A DNA stretch of 63,620 bases, filler included, from Chrysochromulina tobinii (Eukaryota): the NCBI GenBank assembly GCA_001275005.1. It is 5 parts of 5 records of this genome, joined end to end, with 100 filler letters (N's around TTAATTAATTAA, not from the genome) between each part and the next. Parts side by side here need not be neighbours in the genome. Positions count along the whole stretch, not along the records: positions 41,490 to 61,051 come from JWZX01001124.1; 4 more parts are not named here. The stretch is one strand, 5' to 3'. Made by a program: the position numbers and the translations under genes. Below the pieces are notes generated by a model that made no database searches, had not been told where the DNA came from, and was given only the letters and a program-made list of their open reading frames with translations. How positions within the stretch are numbered: position 1 is the first letter of the stretch; the number at the start of each line of letters is the position of its first letter. Below are positions 45,536 through 55,617 of the stretch, in pieces.

Positions 45536-47255
45536 ATGCTCCTAATTCTCCTGAGCATGCTTGACACTGTACAGCCAGCCAGCCTCGTGAGACCACGCTA
45601 CGCAGTTTTTGGCGGTAGTGGCTTCATCGGTAGCCGTGTGTGCAAGGCACTTGTCGAGGCGGGCTGCTCCGTGGCCTCAATCTCTCGAACGGGCAAGTGT
45701 CCTGAATGGGCTGCCGAGGAGCCATGGAGCGCGCAGGTGAACTGGCTAGCAGCAGATATGCTCTCGCCGCCAGCGCAGCTAGCAGCCGAGCTTGGAGCCA
45801 TCGATGGAGCCGTTAGCTGCGTCGGCAACATGCGGCCCTCGCCAACGTGGCGGGACTTCTTCGGCCTCCACTGGGACTATGAATCGCTCACACGCGAGAA
45901 CGGCCTCGTCACGTGGCGCATCTGCGAGAGCGCGCGTGCCGCAGGGGCCTCGCGAATGGTAGTGCTCTCCGTCTCCTCGAGCAAGAAGTGGGCGTTCGGC
46001 GGCGCGTTGATGGGTTACATTGACGGCAAGTTGGAGGCGGAGGCTGCAGGCCGGTGCCTCTTCGGCGACGAACACGTCGCAGTGGTCGGCCCCTCCCTCG
46101 TCCTCGGTGGAGGCCGCTTTGCCGGCCTGCTGAGGCCGTACGCGGCCATCTGTGACAGCGCGCCCATCCGCGCGCAAACCAGGTTTTTCAAGGCCCTCAA
46201 GTCTGGCGCCAGCAGCGGTTACGCTCCGCAGGACACTGTGAATGAGGTCGCACTCACACCACCAGCAGCGGTCGATGCAGTCGCCCGTACCGTGTGCGCG
46301 TGCCTTCTCGAGACGATCCCAGCATCCCGCCTAGCCTCATTCAAGGAGCAGCAGCGCGCCGAAGACCAGATCCGCGACCTGCTCAAGGAGAGAGAGGCGG
46401 CGGGTGCTTGTGAGGAGATAGCGACAGAACGCTCAACAGAACGCGCGGACCCCGCCTATGGCCTCGTGCCACCACGGCGCCCCGGGCACATTCCCTCCAC
46501 TCTGACCCTGTGCTGGCTGCGAGTCATCGATCCCCGTCTTGGCAGATGACTTCATGTACGTCGACGGCACCGACCAGATCAACAGCGTTGCGGCCGATTC
46601 GGGAACTCTATCGGTACTCGCCGCGGCCGTCGCCGTTGTGCGCGAGCGCCGCGGGGCGGCTGCGGCCGGTGAGGTGCTCGGCACACTCCTCGGCCAGCCT
46701 GTCGACCTGAGATCCTCCAGCAGCAGCAGCAGCGGCAGCAGCAGAAGCACCACCTGCTCCTCCGCCAGCAGTCCCGGTAGCGTCGGATTGGAAGGCAGCA
46801 TTCTGTGGCAGCGGATGCCGCTTGACGACAAGCCAGCGGACGCGGCCAGCCTCGAGAACGATGCCTTCCGGGAGGCACTCATCCGTGATCCGAGGATGTG
46901 GCGCTCCTTTTCGCGCGCCGAGCTCCATCAGCTGGGCGTGCCAGCCGAGGTGCCCGAACAGACCTTCATCCGTGAACAGACCTTCATCCGTGAACAGACC
47001 CCTCCGGTGCATGCAAGTGCTCACCACGGCGCCACTCTCTCCCCACAGGTGCCCGAACAGACCTTCATCCGGGTCGAGGACGCCTATTACAAACCGAGCA
47101 CCGCGGCGGCGCAGTCGCCGAGCGCGTTTGGATCTCCGTACGAGGGAGCCCTTTTTGGGTACAAGCCGTTACTCTTCCCCTGGACGCCGGCAGCGGCACT
47201 TATTGGCTTCTTTGCCGGCGCCATCTTCTACGGGCCGCCGGTGCCGTCTGGGTAG
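45536..47255 (+). CDS. NAD(P)-dependent epimerase/dehydratase (atypical SDR); exons about 45536-46403, 46546-46949, 47049-47255
   Basis: AVFGGSGFIGSRVC, SISRTG, AVSCVG, GYIDGKLEAE. GT-AG intron 46404-46545 joins the two ORFs in frame; probable second intron 46950-47048. Confidence 0.8.
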
Positions 47256-47453
47256 GCGGCTAGGCGCTGCGGGCCCGCTCGGGAGAACTTCGTTAGAATC
47301 GATCATTCGATTGGTTTCCTGACTCCATGTCGATCCACCAATCAAGATGATCGCAAACGTTTTCGGACACGCTCCTTGGAGTCAGTGTTACCCCAGGTAG
47401 TCTTTCACAGCAATGATTTATTCGTTCACAGTCCGATTAACGGATCAACGAAG

Positions 47454-50400
47454 ATGGCCGACCTCTACTCGCTGGGAGAAGAGCCGCAGCGCTGCCGCGT
47501 CGTAGCGTACCAGGCGGTGCCTCTCGTCGGTACAGCGAAAGGCGAGAAGGACGACCTATATATTACCCCCCAAAAGGTCGTCGTGCTTGGCCTCGGGGCT
47601 GAGGCGGGTGCTGTCGGCGGGGTGGCGACCGCCGACGGAAAGAACAGCGAGTTCCTCGTTGACGAGACGTACGGGCCGAATGTGCAGCCGCTCGACGTTG
47701 CGCAGAGCGTGGTGCCGCAGCTCACGCGCTCGGCCGCGCGCGGTGCCAACGGCTTGCTCTTCGTGCTCGGGGAGAGCGGCTCGGGCAAGACGGAGCTCAT
47801 GCACGGCACCGGCACTGCACCAGACTTCGCATCGGCCAGCGCGGCCGGCCCGTCGTCGGTGAAATGGGAGGGCCTCGTCGAGCGCGCGATCGACGAGATC
47901 TTTGAGGAGATCACGACGTACGAGGCGGCCAACCAGCAGGCAGCGCACGTGGTGCGCATGCAATTCCTCAACATCGTGGAGGAGCGTGTGCAGGACCTAC
48001 TGCAGCCCAACTGCCACGCGCACGACCTGAGCCTCGTCGAGCGCGCCGACGTCGGCACTGAGGTGCCTGGTGCCTATCAGGTCGAGCTGAGCAGTAAGGC
48101 GCAGGGCTTGCGCCTCTACCGCACCGCACGCGACGAGCTGCAGCGGCTCGAGCGCTATCACGGGGTCAACCGAGCAGCCTCGTGCTGCATGCTCACGATC
48201 TCGATCGTGCGCCGTGGCATGCCGCGCGCCGCGGGCGCAGTTCTCGGATCTGGTCTCCTTGCGCAGTTCTCGGATCTGGTCTTCGGCGCGGCCGGCGCGG
48301 CCGGCGTGGCCGGCAGCGAAGGCGCGATGCAGAGCGCGCTCACGATCGTCGAGCTGCCGGGCACCGAGCGGCTCGCGGAACCTCGGGATCAGCTCCACGT
48401 GTCCGAGTCCCCTTTTCTGCACCGATCGCTCCTGCAGTTCTCAGACCTGGTGCATGCACTTGCGAGCCGCTCCACGGCCGAGCACGTACCCTGGCGAGGC
48501 GGTAAGCTCACTTCCCTGCTTCACGGCAAGCTGGGTGTGAACGCGCTCACACTGAGTGTGGCGACGGTGCGCTGTGGGCAGCCAAAGTGCTCGGCAGCGA
48601 CGCTCGCGCTCGCGTCACGGATGCGCGACGTGCTGTGCTACCCGGTGCTCAACACGGCGGCCGCGCAGGGGCTGCTCACGATCTCCCGATCGGAGATCCT
48701 CGCTCTGAAAGAGGATCTCTCCCAGATGGTCGCCAAAGGTATCGAAACGCTCTCCCCCAGTCGGCCCCCGTCCGAGGCTGGGAGGGCGCAGCCTCCGCGC
48801 AAGAAGCTCGACCTGGTAGACACGCTCCAGAACCCGATCAAGATGGCCACGCCACGTGGCACGCAGCCGGCGCAGCCGGCGCAGCCGGCGACGAAGGCGA
48901 CACCGCCGAAGGAGGAGGAGGAGGAGCAGGGCGTGAGCGAGGACGAGGACGAGGACGAGGACTTTGATGGCGACCTTGAGGCGGAGAACGCGTACCTCAA
49001 GAGCAAGCTCGCCAAGTACAAGTCGAGGATGGCGGCGGCGGTGTCCAAGCCGACCCCCCCCCTCGACCCCCTCGTCCAGTCCAACCTCCAAGGCAAGCTG
49101 ATCCAGGCGGAGCTGCAGGCGGAGCAGCTCAGAGCGGCGCGTGCGGCCGCAGTCAAGGAGCGAGTGGAGCTGCAGAAGGAGTACGCGCGCTTGCTCGGCG
49201 AGATGGCCTCCCTGATGGCCTCCCTGATGACGTCTCTGATGAGCTCCCTGATGGCCTCCCTGATGAGCCCTCCTGATGGCCTCCCTGATTGCATGCAGGT
49301 ACACGCGCCTGCTGGGCGAGAAACAAGAGGTCGAGCGCCACCTCCTCGATGCGGAGCACGAGCGTCTTAAGGTGGCCAAGGCTCTCGTCGATCTGCAGGT
49401 GAGTCTCGTTAATGGCCTCTGATGGCCTCGGATGGCCTCTGATGGCCTCGGATGGCCTCTGATGGCCTCTGATGGCCTCTGACGCCCCACGTCTCGTCGA
49501 CCTGCAGGTCGAGGGCTCGGCCCAGTCGACCGTCACCGAGGAGCAGAAGATGGAGCTCGATCGGAAGATTCTGAGCTCCGAGGCGGAGAAGCATGCGCTC
49601 GCGCGCGAGATTGAGGGCTTCGCGCGCCAAGTGGCGCAGCTCGAGGACGACCTGAGGGTGTCCCAGGCGGAGAAGGAAGATTTGGTCCACGAGCTGCTTG
49701 CTGCGCGACAGTCTCTCGAGATGCAGCGGCAGCAGGGGATGGTCAGTGGCTCAAGACGAGTGCCTCTGAGTGCCTCTGAGTGCCCCTCTGAGTGCGCCGC
49801 CTGATGGCCTCTGATGGCATGTGATTGCTTCCCTCATCAGGCGCTCGTCTCGGACGCGCGCGAGCGCGATCTCGAGATTGTTCGCTCCGTCAAGGAGGCG
49901 GAGCATAAGGGCGCCCAGGTCGAGGCACAGGCGCAGGCGCTCGTGACGGCCCGTGCGGCCACCGAGGTGATCCGTCAGCAGCTGCATGCCGCCGAGAGCC
50001 GATCGACAAGTTTGGACGCGCAGGTGGCGGCACTGAAGCGGGACGCGGCGCTCGCGCGTGCCAAGCAGGAGGAGCTGCAGATGGCGGCACGCCGAGCGGC
50101 GGTGCAGCGTGAGCTCTTCGAGGTGAGTGTCGCCAAGGAGCGCGCTGAGCTGCTCTTGCAGCGGCAGCAGCTCAAGGATGAGTTGGCGGAGGGGCAGCGC
50201 CAAGTGCGCGACGAGGGGCTGCGCCAGGCGAGTCTCGTCAATTGCCTCTGATTGCCTCTGATTGCCTCTGATTGCCTCTGATTGCCTCTGATTGCCTCTG
50301 ATTGCCTCTGACGCCCCAAGTGCGCGACGAGGGGCTGCGCCAGGCCAAGGGCGCCGAGGAGCTGGCCAAGCAGCGCTTGGCCGAAGTGGTGAGCTGCCGC

Positions 50401-52186
50401 GCCGAGATCACACAGCTCAAGGATCAGCGTGCGGAACTTGAGATGCGCGTGAGCACGCTCGAGGTCGCGGTCGATGCGGGCGAGCAACAGCTTCAGGTGC
50501 GGCGAGTGCGAGCGACGTGTGCGGGCGACGTGTGCGAGCGACGTGTGCGAGTCTCGTCAATGGCCTCCGATGGCCTCGGGTGGCCTCGGGTGGCCTCTGA
50601 TGGGCTCTTATGGCCTCCTGCGGGCAAGAGTGATGGCCTCTGATTGCGTCGCTGATTGGCGTCTGATAACTTGTCGAGCTGCACAGGCCGCACACGAATT
50701 CTTCCGTCAGAGCCTTCGGGACGCTCTCGCAGTGCACTTTGAGGGAGGGTCGGAGGCCGACCAGCAGGCCGACCAGCAGGGAGCGGAGGGGCGACGGGAC
50801 ATTACCCAGACGCCCGCGATGGCGCTCCTCGCGGCGCTCGGGCGTGCATACGAGGAGCACGAGAACCACTTGCGCCAGCGATTCGACAGGCTTCAGAAAC
50901 GCCACTGGGCCGTCCTCGATCGCGCCAAGCAGGATGCAGCCCACGCGCTCACCATGGCGCGCCGAAGCAGCAAGGGTGGCGGCAAGGGCGGCGGCAAGGG
51001 CGGCGGAGCCGATGCGGGTGCGCCCGCCGATGAGCTCAGTGTACGCAACGGCGACGAGGCTGCCGCCCTTGCGGCGGAGGGGGCGAGCGCGGAGGAGGCT
51101 GAACGGAGTGCGGCGAGTGCGGAGGAGGCTGCGCTCTCGTCTCTCCAGGCAGAGGGCCGTGCTGTGCTCCAGTCGTATATTGAGGAGGCCGCGCAGTTGC
51201 GCACGGAGCGCGGCGCACTGCGAGGTGAGCTACAGACCGCAGCGGTCGCCTTCAAGGTGGCCTCCGTGAGTGCATCTCTGATTGCATGCTGATTGCCTCC
51301 CTCATCAGGTGAGCTACAGGCCGCAGCGATCGCCGCCAAGGTGGCCTCCACTAAGCTGGTAGAGGAGCGACTGGCGCTCAAGCGCGAGATCGAATCTGCG
51401 CGCGCCGAGGCTCGGCTGGCGAAGCAAGCCCTGAGGGAGGCAGGCGGCGAGAACGCGTCGCAGAAGCTGCAGTCCGCGGGCGACCTCCATCAGGAGATGC
51501 AGGAGTCGCTCATCCAGCGGCTCGACATGCTCAATGCCCAACGCGAGAAGGCGAGCGCCCTCAAGGCTCGCGAGCTTGAAGAGACGGGCTCGTCTATCGA
51601 AGAGGTGCGCGCGCTCCGTGCAGAGGCGGCGGCGCTCCGGGCAGAGCTTGACATTCGGCTGCGGGACGACCCGAAGACGCTGCAAATCCTGCGGCTCCAG
51701 CTGCGAGATTATTCGATCTCATGCTCGCAGCTCGAGCAGGAGCGCTCGCGCCTGATGCGACGCGCCACCGGCGCCGAGCAACAGCTCGAGTCGATGCAGG
51801 ATGCGATGTCGGACCATCTGACGCGCTACCAAAAGGAGATTTTACGTCTCAAGGCATTGCCGACGCCTGCATCGCCACGAAGCGGCGCCGGCGCGGGCCT
51901 GTCACTCCCCACCCCGAGTGCTGGCGGCCTACCGCGCAAGCTGCATGACGCAGTCGCTGCTGCTGGCGGCGAGGACACCGACGGCAGCGCGGAGGCGTTG
52001 GCACCATCGGCAGGTGGAGCACTGGCTGCACCAGCTGCACGTGCTCCACTCGGACCATTAGCCGATGGCGATGATGGTGAGTCTGCGAACGTGTATACCG
52101 CCGATCCTGCTCGCGCAGGTCCACAACAACCCGCCAAACCCCCAGGCGCACTGAAGCCCTTGACTCAAGTCCCCTGGAGGACTTAA
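47454..52186 (+). CDS. Degenerate kinesin motor domain plus CCDC78-like coiled coil; exons 47454-49180, 49299-49398, 49508-49741, 49841-50227, 50344-50496, 50687-51224, 51309-52186
   Basis: P-loop GESGSGKT, IVEERVQDLL, ELPGTERL, HVPWRGGKLTSLL; LLDAEHERLKVAKALVDLQVE resembles CCDC78/DUF4472. All six predicted introns (five GT-AG, one GC-AG) keep one open frame. Confidence 0.8.
49181..51308 (+). repeat. Six related introns containing TGATGGCCTC/TGATTGCCTC 10-mer microsatellites (49181-49298, 49399-49507, 49742-49840, 50228-50343, 50497-50686, 51225-51308)
   Basis: Tandem attgcctctg x7 at 50241-50310 and gatggcctc(t/g) at 49412-49480. Shared 5' motif GYGAGTCTCGTYAATKGCCTC and shared 3' motif TGATTGCYTCCCTCATCAG. 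Confidence 0.85.
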
Positions 52187-52583
52187 AGCGATGGGCTTGT
52201 TGTTTAGGGATTTCGTTTGTTGTACCCCGCCCCGGTGTTCGGTTCCCTCCCGCCCGAAGGGTCGGGTAACGGGTAGCGACGCTTAATACCGTAGATGATC
52301 TTACAGTTGAGTTTTGTATCGTATTACAGCTGTATTTTTATTGTAATGCGCCTCGCTCCGTCGTCCGCGCTCCGGCCTCCTGCAGCCCCGCCCTTGAACC
52401 TACAGAATGCCCGAACAGCTAGCCGGGAGACAGAGCAGAGATTCGGGTCCCTAGTCGAGTTTCAGTCTCTACTCATCGAGCGTGAAGTACGTGGCGTGTG
52501 AGTATGGACTCTTCAATCATCAAGGCGCAAAGGGTGGGACTCATGCCCCATGCCCTTCGATCTGAGGGAGGTGGCCTGGTGTA

Positions 52584-53840
52584 CTACGTCGGCCCATAGG
52601 CCCACGTGGGCCCGTAGGAGCACGAGCCGGCATGTGTGCGGCTGTGGCCATCGTCGGTGGTGCGCCTGGAGGTGGCATTCTGCGCAATTTCCTTGGCCAA
52701 CGCGATGGCTGTGCGGCTAGAATCTCTTGCAGGTTCGCTGGCGGTGCTCGTCGCTGCCCAGCGCCACGTTAACTCAGCAGCGCTCCCTCGGGTGCCCACT
52801 ACGGCGCTCCCACGGAGACTCCCACATGCCGTAGAGCCACGTGGCGTAGAGCCAGCTCGCCGGCGGGACGAAGCGGCGGTGCGCCAAGGGCTGTCCTCGC
52901 TGGCTGTCCTCGCGGTGCATGTGGGAATCCAGGTGTCATCAGATGTGGCGGCGGCTGCGCTTGCATTGGCGTCAGCACTCTTGGCGGAAACTTTTGCTTG
53001 CCGGGTGGTGCGCCACGCGGCGGCATCATCGGAGGGATTCCACGCGGGGGAGGAGCGCCGTACGACGGCGGAGGGGGGCGCGGACGCATTTCCGCGCACC
53101 GGCTGACGAAACCTTAAGAGCGGCTCCTCCTCTGTCGTCAGCCGTCCGTTTGTGATGGCCTTCGCGATGACGTTGCAGAGCATCTGTCGGTCGGCAAGGG
53201 CGAGTCCCGCATCCTTCAGATGCGACAGCAGAGCCGGACGCTGCTCCTTTGAGAAGATTGACACGCACGCTGACAGCGTGGTGCCAACACAGCAGGACCG
53301 GTCGTCTAACAAGGGCCTCAGTCGCTCCCTCAGTGGCGAAAGCGCTGCCGTTCCAAGCAGCCCGTCCCATTCGTCTACAGGTAGGAAGGATCTCTCACCC
53401 GGCCTCCATCTGCTTCGCGTGGATGGCTTGGGCGTGGGTCGGCCGCTCGCATGCCATCCACGCAGCCCGCCCGATAACCTCGACATTCGCGCCAGTGGAA
53501 GACCGAGCCTGCGTAGGAAGGCGATAACATACACGTCACGGCCGGCGGACATGCTGCCTCCCGCTCCTCCGGTGTTGGCAAAGAAGACGAGATCGCTGGC
53601 GCCGCCCGCGCCGCTCAGCAAATCATCGATGAGCGTCCGTATCGCGTCACGGTTGAACATGATAGCAGTCTGGGCAAGGGACTCTGCGCCAGGCAGCGTG
53701 CCTGCCGCATACTCGCTCTCGTGCCGCGCATCGAAGAAGCGTAACCGTTCGCCGCGCTGCTGCTTCGCCTCGATTTCTTCGGGTGTGAGCCACCGCTCCT
53801 CGTCCTCTCCGATGCCTTTCCCATAGCCCACGCCGACCAT
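52584..53840 (-). CDS. Rhodanese/Cdc25-like domain protein; 3' structure uncertain
   Basis: LRFFDARHESEYAAGTLPGA...LVFF...GR...LSGGLRGW. Downstream of about 53100 the Pro-rich, natural-looking sequence is in other frames. Confidence 0.6.
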   Translation of the reverse strand: MVGVGYGKGIGEDEERWLTPEEIEAKQQRGERLRFFDARHESEYAAGTLPGAESLAQTAIMFNRDAIRTLIDDLLSGAGGASDLVFFANTGGAGGSMSAGRDVYVIAFLRRLGLPLARMSRLSGGLRGWHASGRPTPKPSTRSRWRPGERSFLPVDEWDGLLGTAALSPLRERLRPLLDDRSCCVGTTLSACVSIFSKEQRPALLSHLKDAGLALADRQMLCNVIAKAITNGRLTTEEEPLLRFRQPVRGNASAPPSAVVRRSSPAWNPSDDAAAWRTTRQAKVSAKSADANASAAAATSDDTWIPTCTARTASEDSPWRTAASSRRRAGSTPRGSTACGSLRGSAVVGTRGSAAELTWRWAATSTASEPARDSSRTAIALAKEIAQNATSRRTTDDGHSRTHAGSCSYGPTWAYGPT

Positions 53841-54317
53841 GATTCTTCGTCGTGGGCAATGAGTTGGAGAATGAGGTCTGCATGTGAAATTTCCTAATAA
53901 TAGCAAGTCAAGTCAAGTCAAGTCCATTCTTGACGATCTCTACCTCACCAAGGTCACGCAGGCAAGCTCCCTGTGGCGTCTCAGAGGCAGCCGAGCGGTT
54001 AAGAGCGGAGCCGTCCCTTGAGACGAGAGCGAGGGCCTGCGAAACTGACTAACTGACTGAATTTAGCTGCTAAAAAGAGTACAATTGTAGCGTGCCCGTG
54101 TGCCCCTTGTGTCCCATGTGTGCGTCCGGCTCACCCCGGTGTTTTTCACTGTTTTTGTGCCATGATTGCGAACTTTCTTTGAGGACTTTGAGCGCACTTC
54201 GGCTGTCGGCACCTCTGCTGTCGCCCCTCCTTTATACCCGCGGACCCCCTTCGCCGCCCTCGTCCGCGTCGCCTTCTCCGACACCTTTGCCGGACACTCT
54301 CTACTTAGCCAGCAACC

Positions 54318-55415
54318 ATGCGATGGCTCGTTCGTGCCTCCGTGCTCATCGCCGTCACGCGATCAGTGCCAACGTGCTCGGCTGGGCCAGCCGAAGAAGG
54401 CCGACAGAAGGCCACTGCTGGGTCACCACCGACTGCTTTCTTCATGCCGACTTTGTTCAACACGCGCAAAGAGTTGGAGGCATCACCATGGGGAGAATAT
54501 GTACGACGCATCTACGGCGACGATGTTCATGCACTCGTCGACTATCCATTCGACACTGGTATGTTCTGGGTCTTCAACCGTACGCTGCTGCTTGAGCTCA
54601 ACATTTCCTTTCCGATTGGAACTATGGACTGCAACAAGTATTGGAAATTTGGGCTGGAGAACCACGTCTTTGACCAAGCGCTTCGCCCCCGCGACCAGCA
54701 AGGTTACTCAACAGGACCAGCGTTTGCCGAATCGGAGGAGTCCATCATGGCGGACCACGTCAACATGGCACGCGCGTTGAGAATCGGATTGTTCAATCCG
54801 GGCTGGATGGTGGGCAATTTACTCTTCACACATCACGGCGCACGCTTGCCAGTTCGCTCTCATCATTGGATAGAAGTGACGCACTGCCAATGGCTCCCAA
54901 TCAATCGGACGGTTCCCAGCAAGTGGGAGGAGAAGGCGTACTGGATGTACGCCATGCCAGGCTCTGGGGTTTACTATAACGTCGGGAACACAGCTGCGTT
55001 CCAATCGCACGAAGAGTTCTTGCTCAAATTCTTGAGGCCAAACCAGGTGCGGTATGCAGACCCCAACGGAAGGATGCAGGATATAGGGTTCAGATTCGCC
55101 AGCGAAAATGCGGCTCTCGCTGGTCTAAAGTCTGTGCAGATCTTGAGACGCTGGGACCAGCCATGTGATGCACGAGGGGCAAACCAGTGGCTTGAGATCC
55201 TTGACTTGCACAATACTGGGCTGCAAACATGTATCAACGGTCTTCGCCAAGGTTTTGGCGGCGTACGTCGTTGCAATTGCGATCCACACCGGCTCTGTGC
55301 TCGATGCCTTGAGCACGCACAGGTACAACACAGAAACCGCAGCACGCACGGAGAGCACACACGGAGAGCGACTTCATCACACAAATTGCCTGATGCACAG
55401 ACGTACAAGCTGTAG
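54318..55415 (+). CDS. Secreted hypothetical protein, Cys-rich C-terminus
   Basis: Signal-peptide-like start; WIEVTH...WMYAMPGSGVYYNVGNT...SVQI...EILDL...C..G....CNC; 365 aa. Confidence 0.65.
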   Translation: MRWLVRASVLIAVTRSVPTCSAGPAEEGRQKATAGSPPTAFFMPTLFNTRKELEASPWGEYVRRIYGDDVHALVDYPFDTGMFWVFNRTLLLELNISFPIGTMDCNKYWKFGLENHVFDQALRPRDQQGYSTGPAFAESEESIMADHVNMARALRIGLFNPGWMVGNLLFTHHGARLPVRSHHWIEVTHCQWLPINRTVPSKWEEKAYWMYAMPGSGVYYNVGNTAAFQSHEEFLLKFLRPNQVRYADPNGRMQDIGFRFASENAALAGLKSVQILRRWDQPCDARGANQWLEILDLHNTGLQTCINGLRQGFGGVRRCNCDPHRLCARCLEHAQVQHRNRSTHGEHTRRATSSHKLPDAQTYKL

Positions 55416-55587
55416 CGTGTGGGGCGCTCGAGCGGTCAGGCGGTGCCTCGCACGGAGGGTGTGACGTTCGCATCAGGTTCGGGCGGCATGCGCATGGAGA
55501 AGGGCCGGGGCACAGCCGCAGCGGGCCAAACTCTACATGTATACATTCGCGCGGGCAGGCTGCGGTTACCCGCCTTGTTTGGCAAAC

Positions 55588-55617
55588 GGAGTGAGTGAGT
55601 GAGCGAGTGAGTGAGTA
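55588..55617 (+). repeat. (GAGT)n microsatellite
   Basis: gagtgagtgagtgagcgagtgagtgagt. Confidence 0.85.

Noticed and set aside
49181..49370. C-terminal MASLMASLMTSL repeat of the 664-aa kinesin ORF
   Set aside because: Read-through into a microsatellite-containing intron; splicing gives a continuous coiled coil instead.
50241..50310. ATTGCCTCTG and GATGGCCTCT arrays as a CRISPR array or telomeric repeat
   Set aside because: 10-nt head-to-tail units with no spacers, inside predicted introns of a eukaryotic gene; no cas genes.
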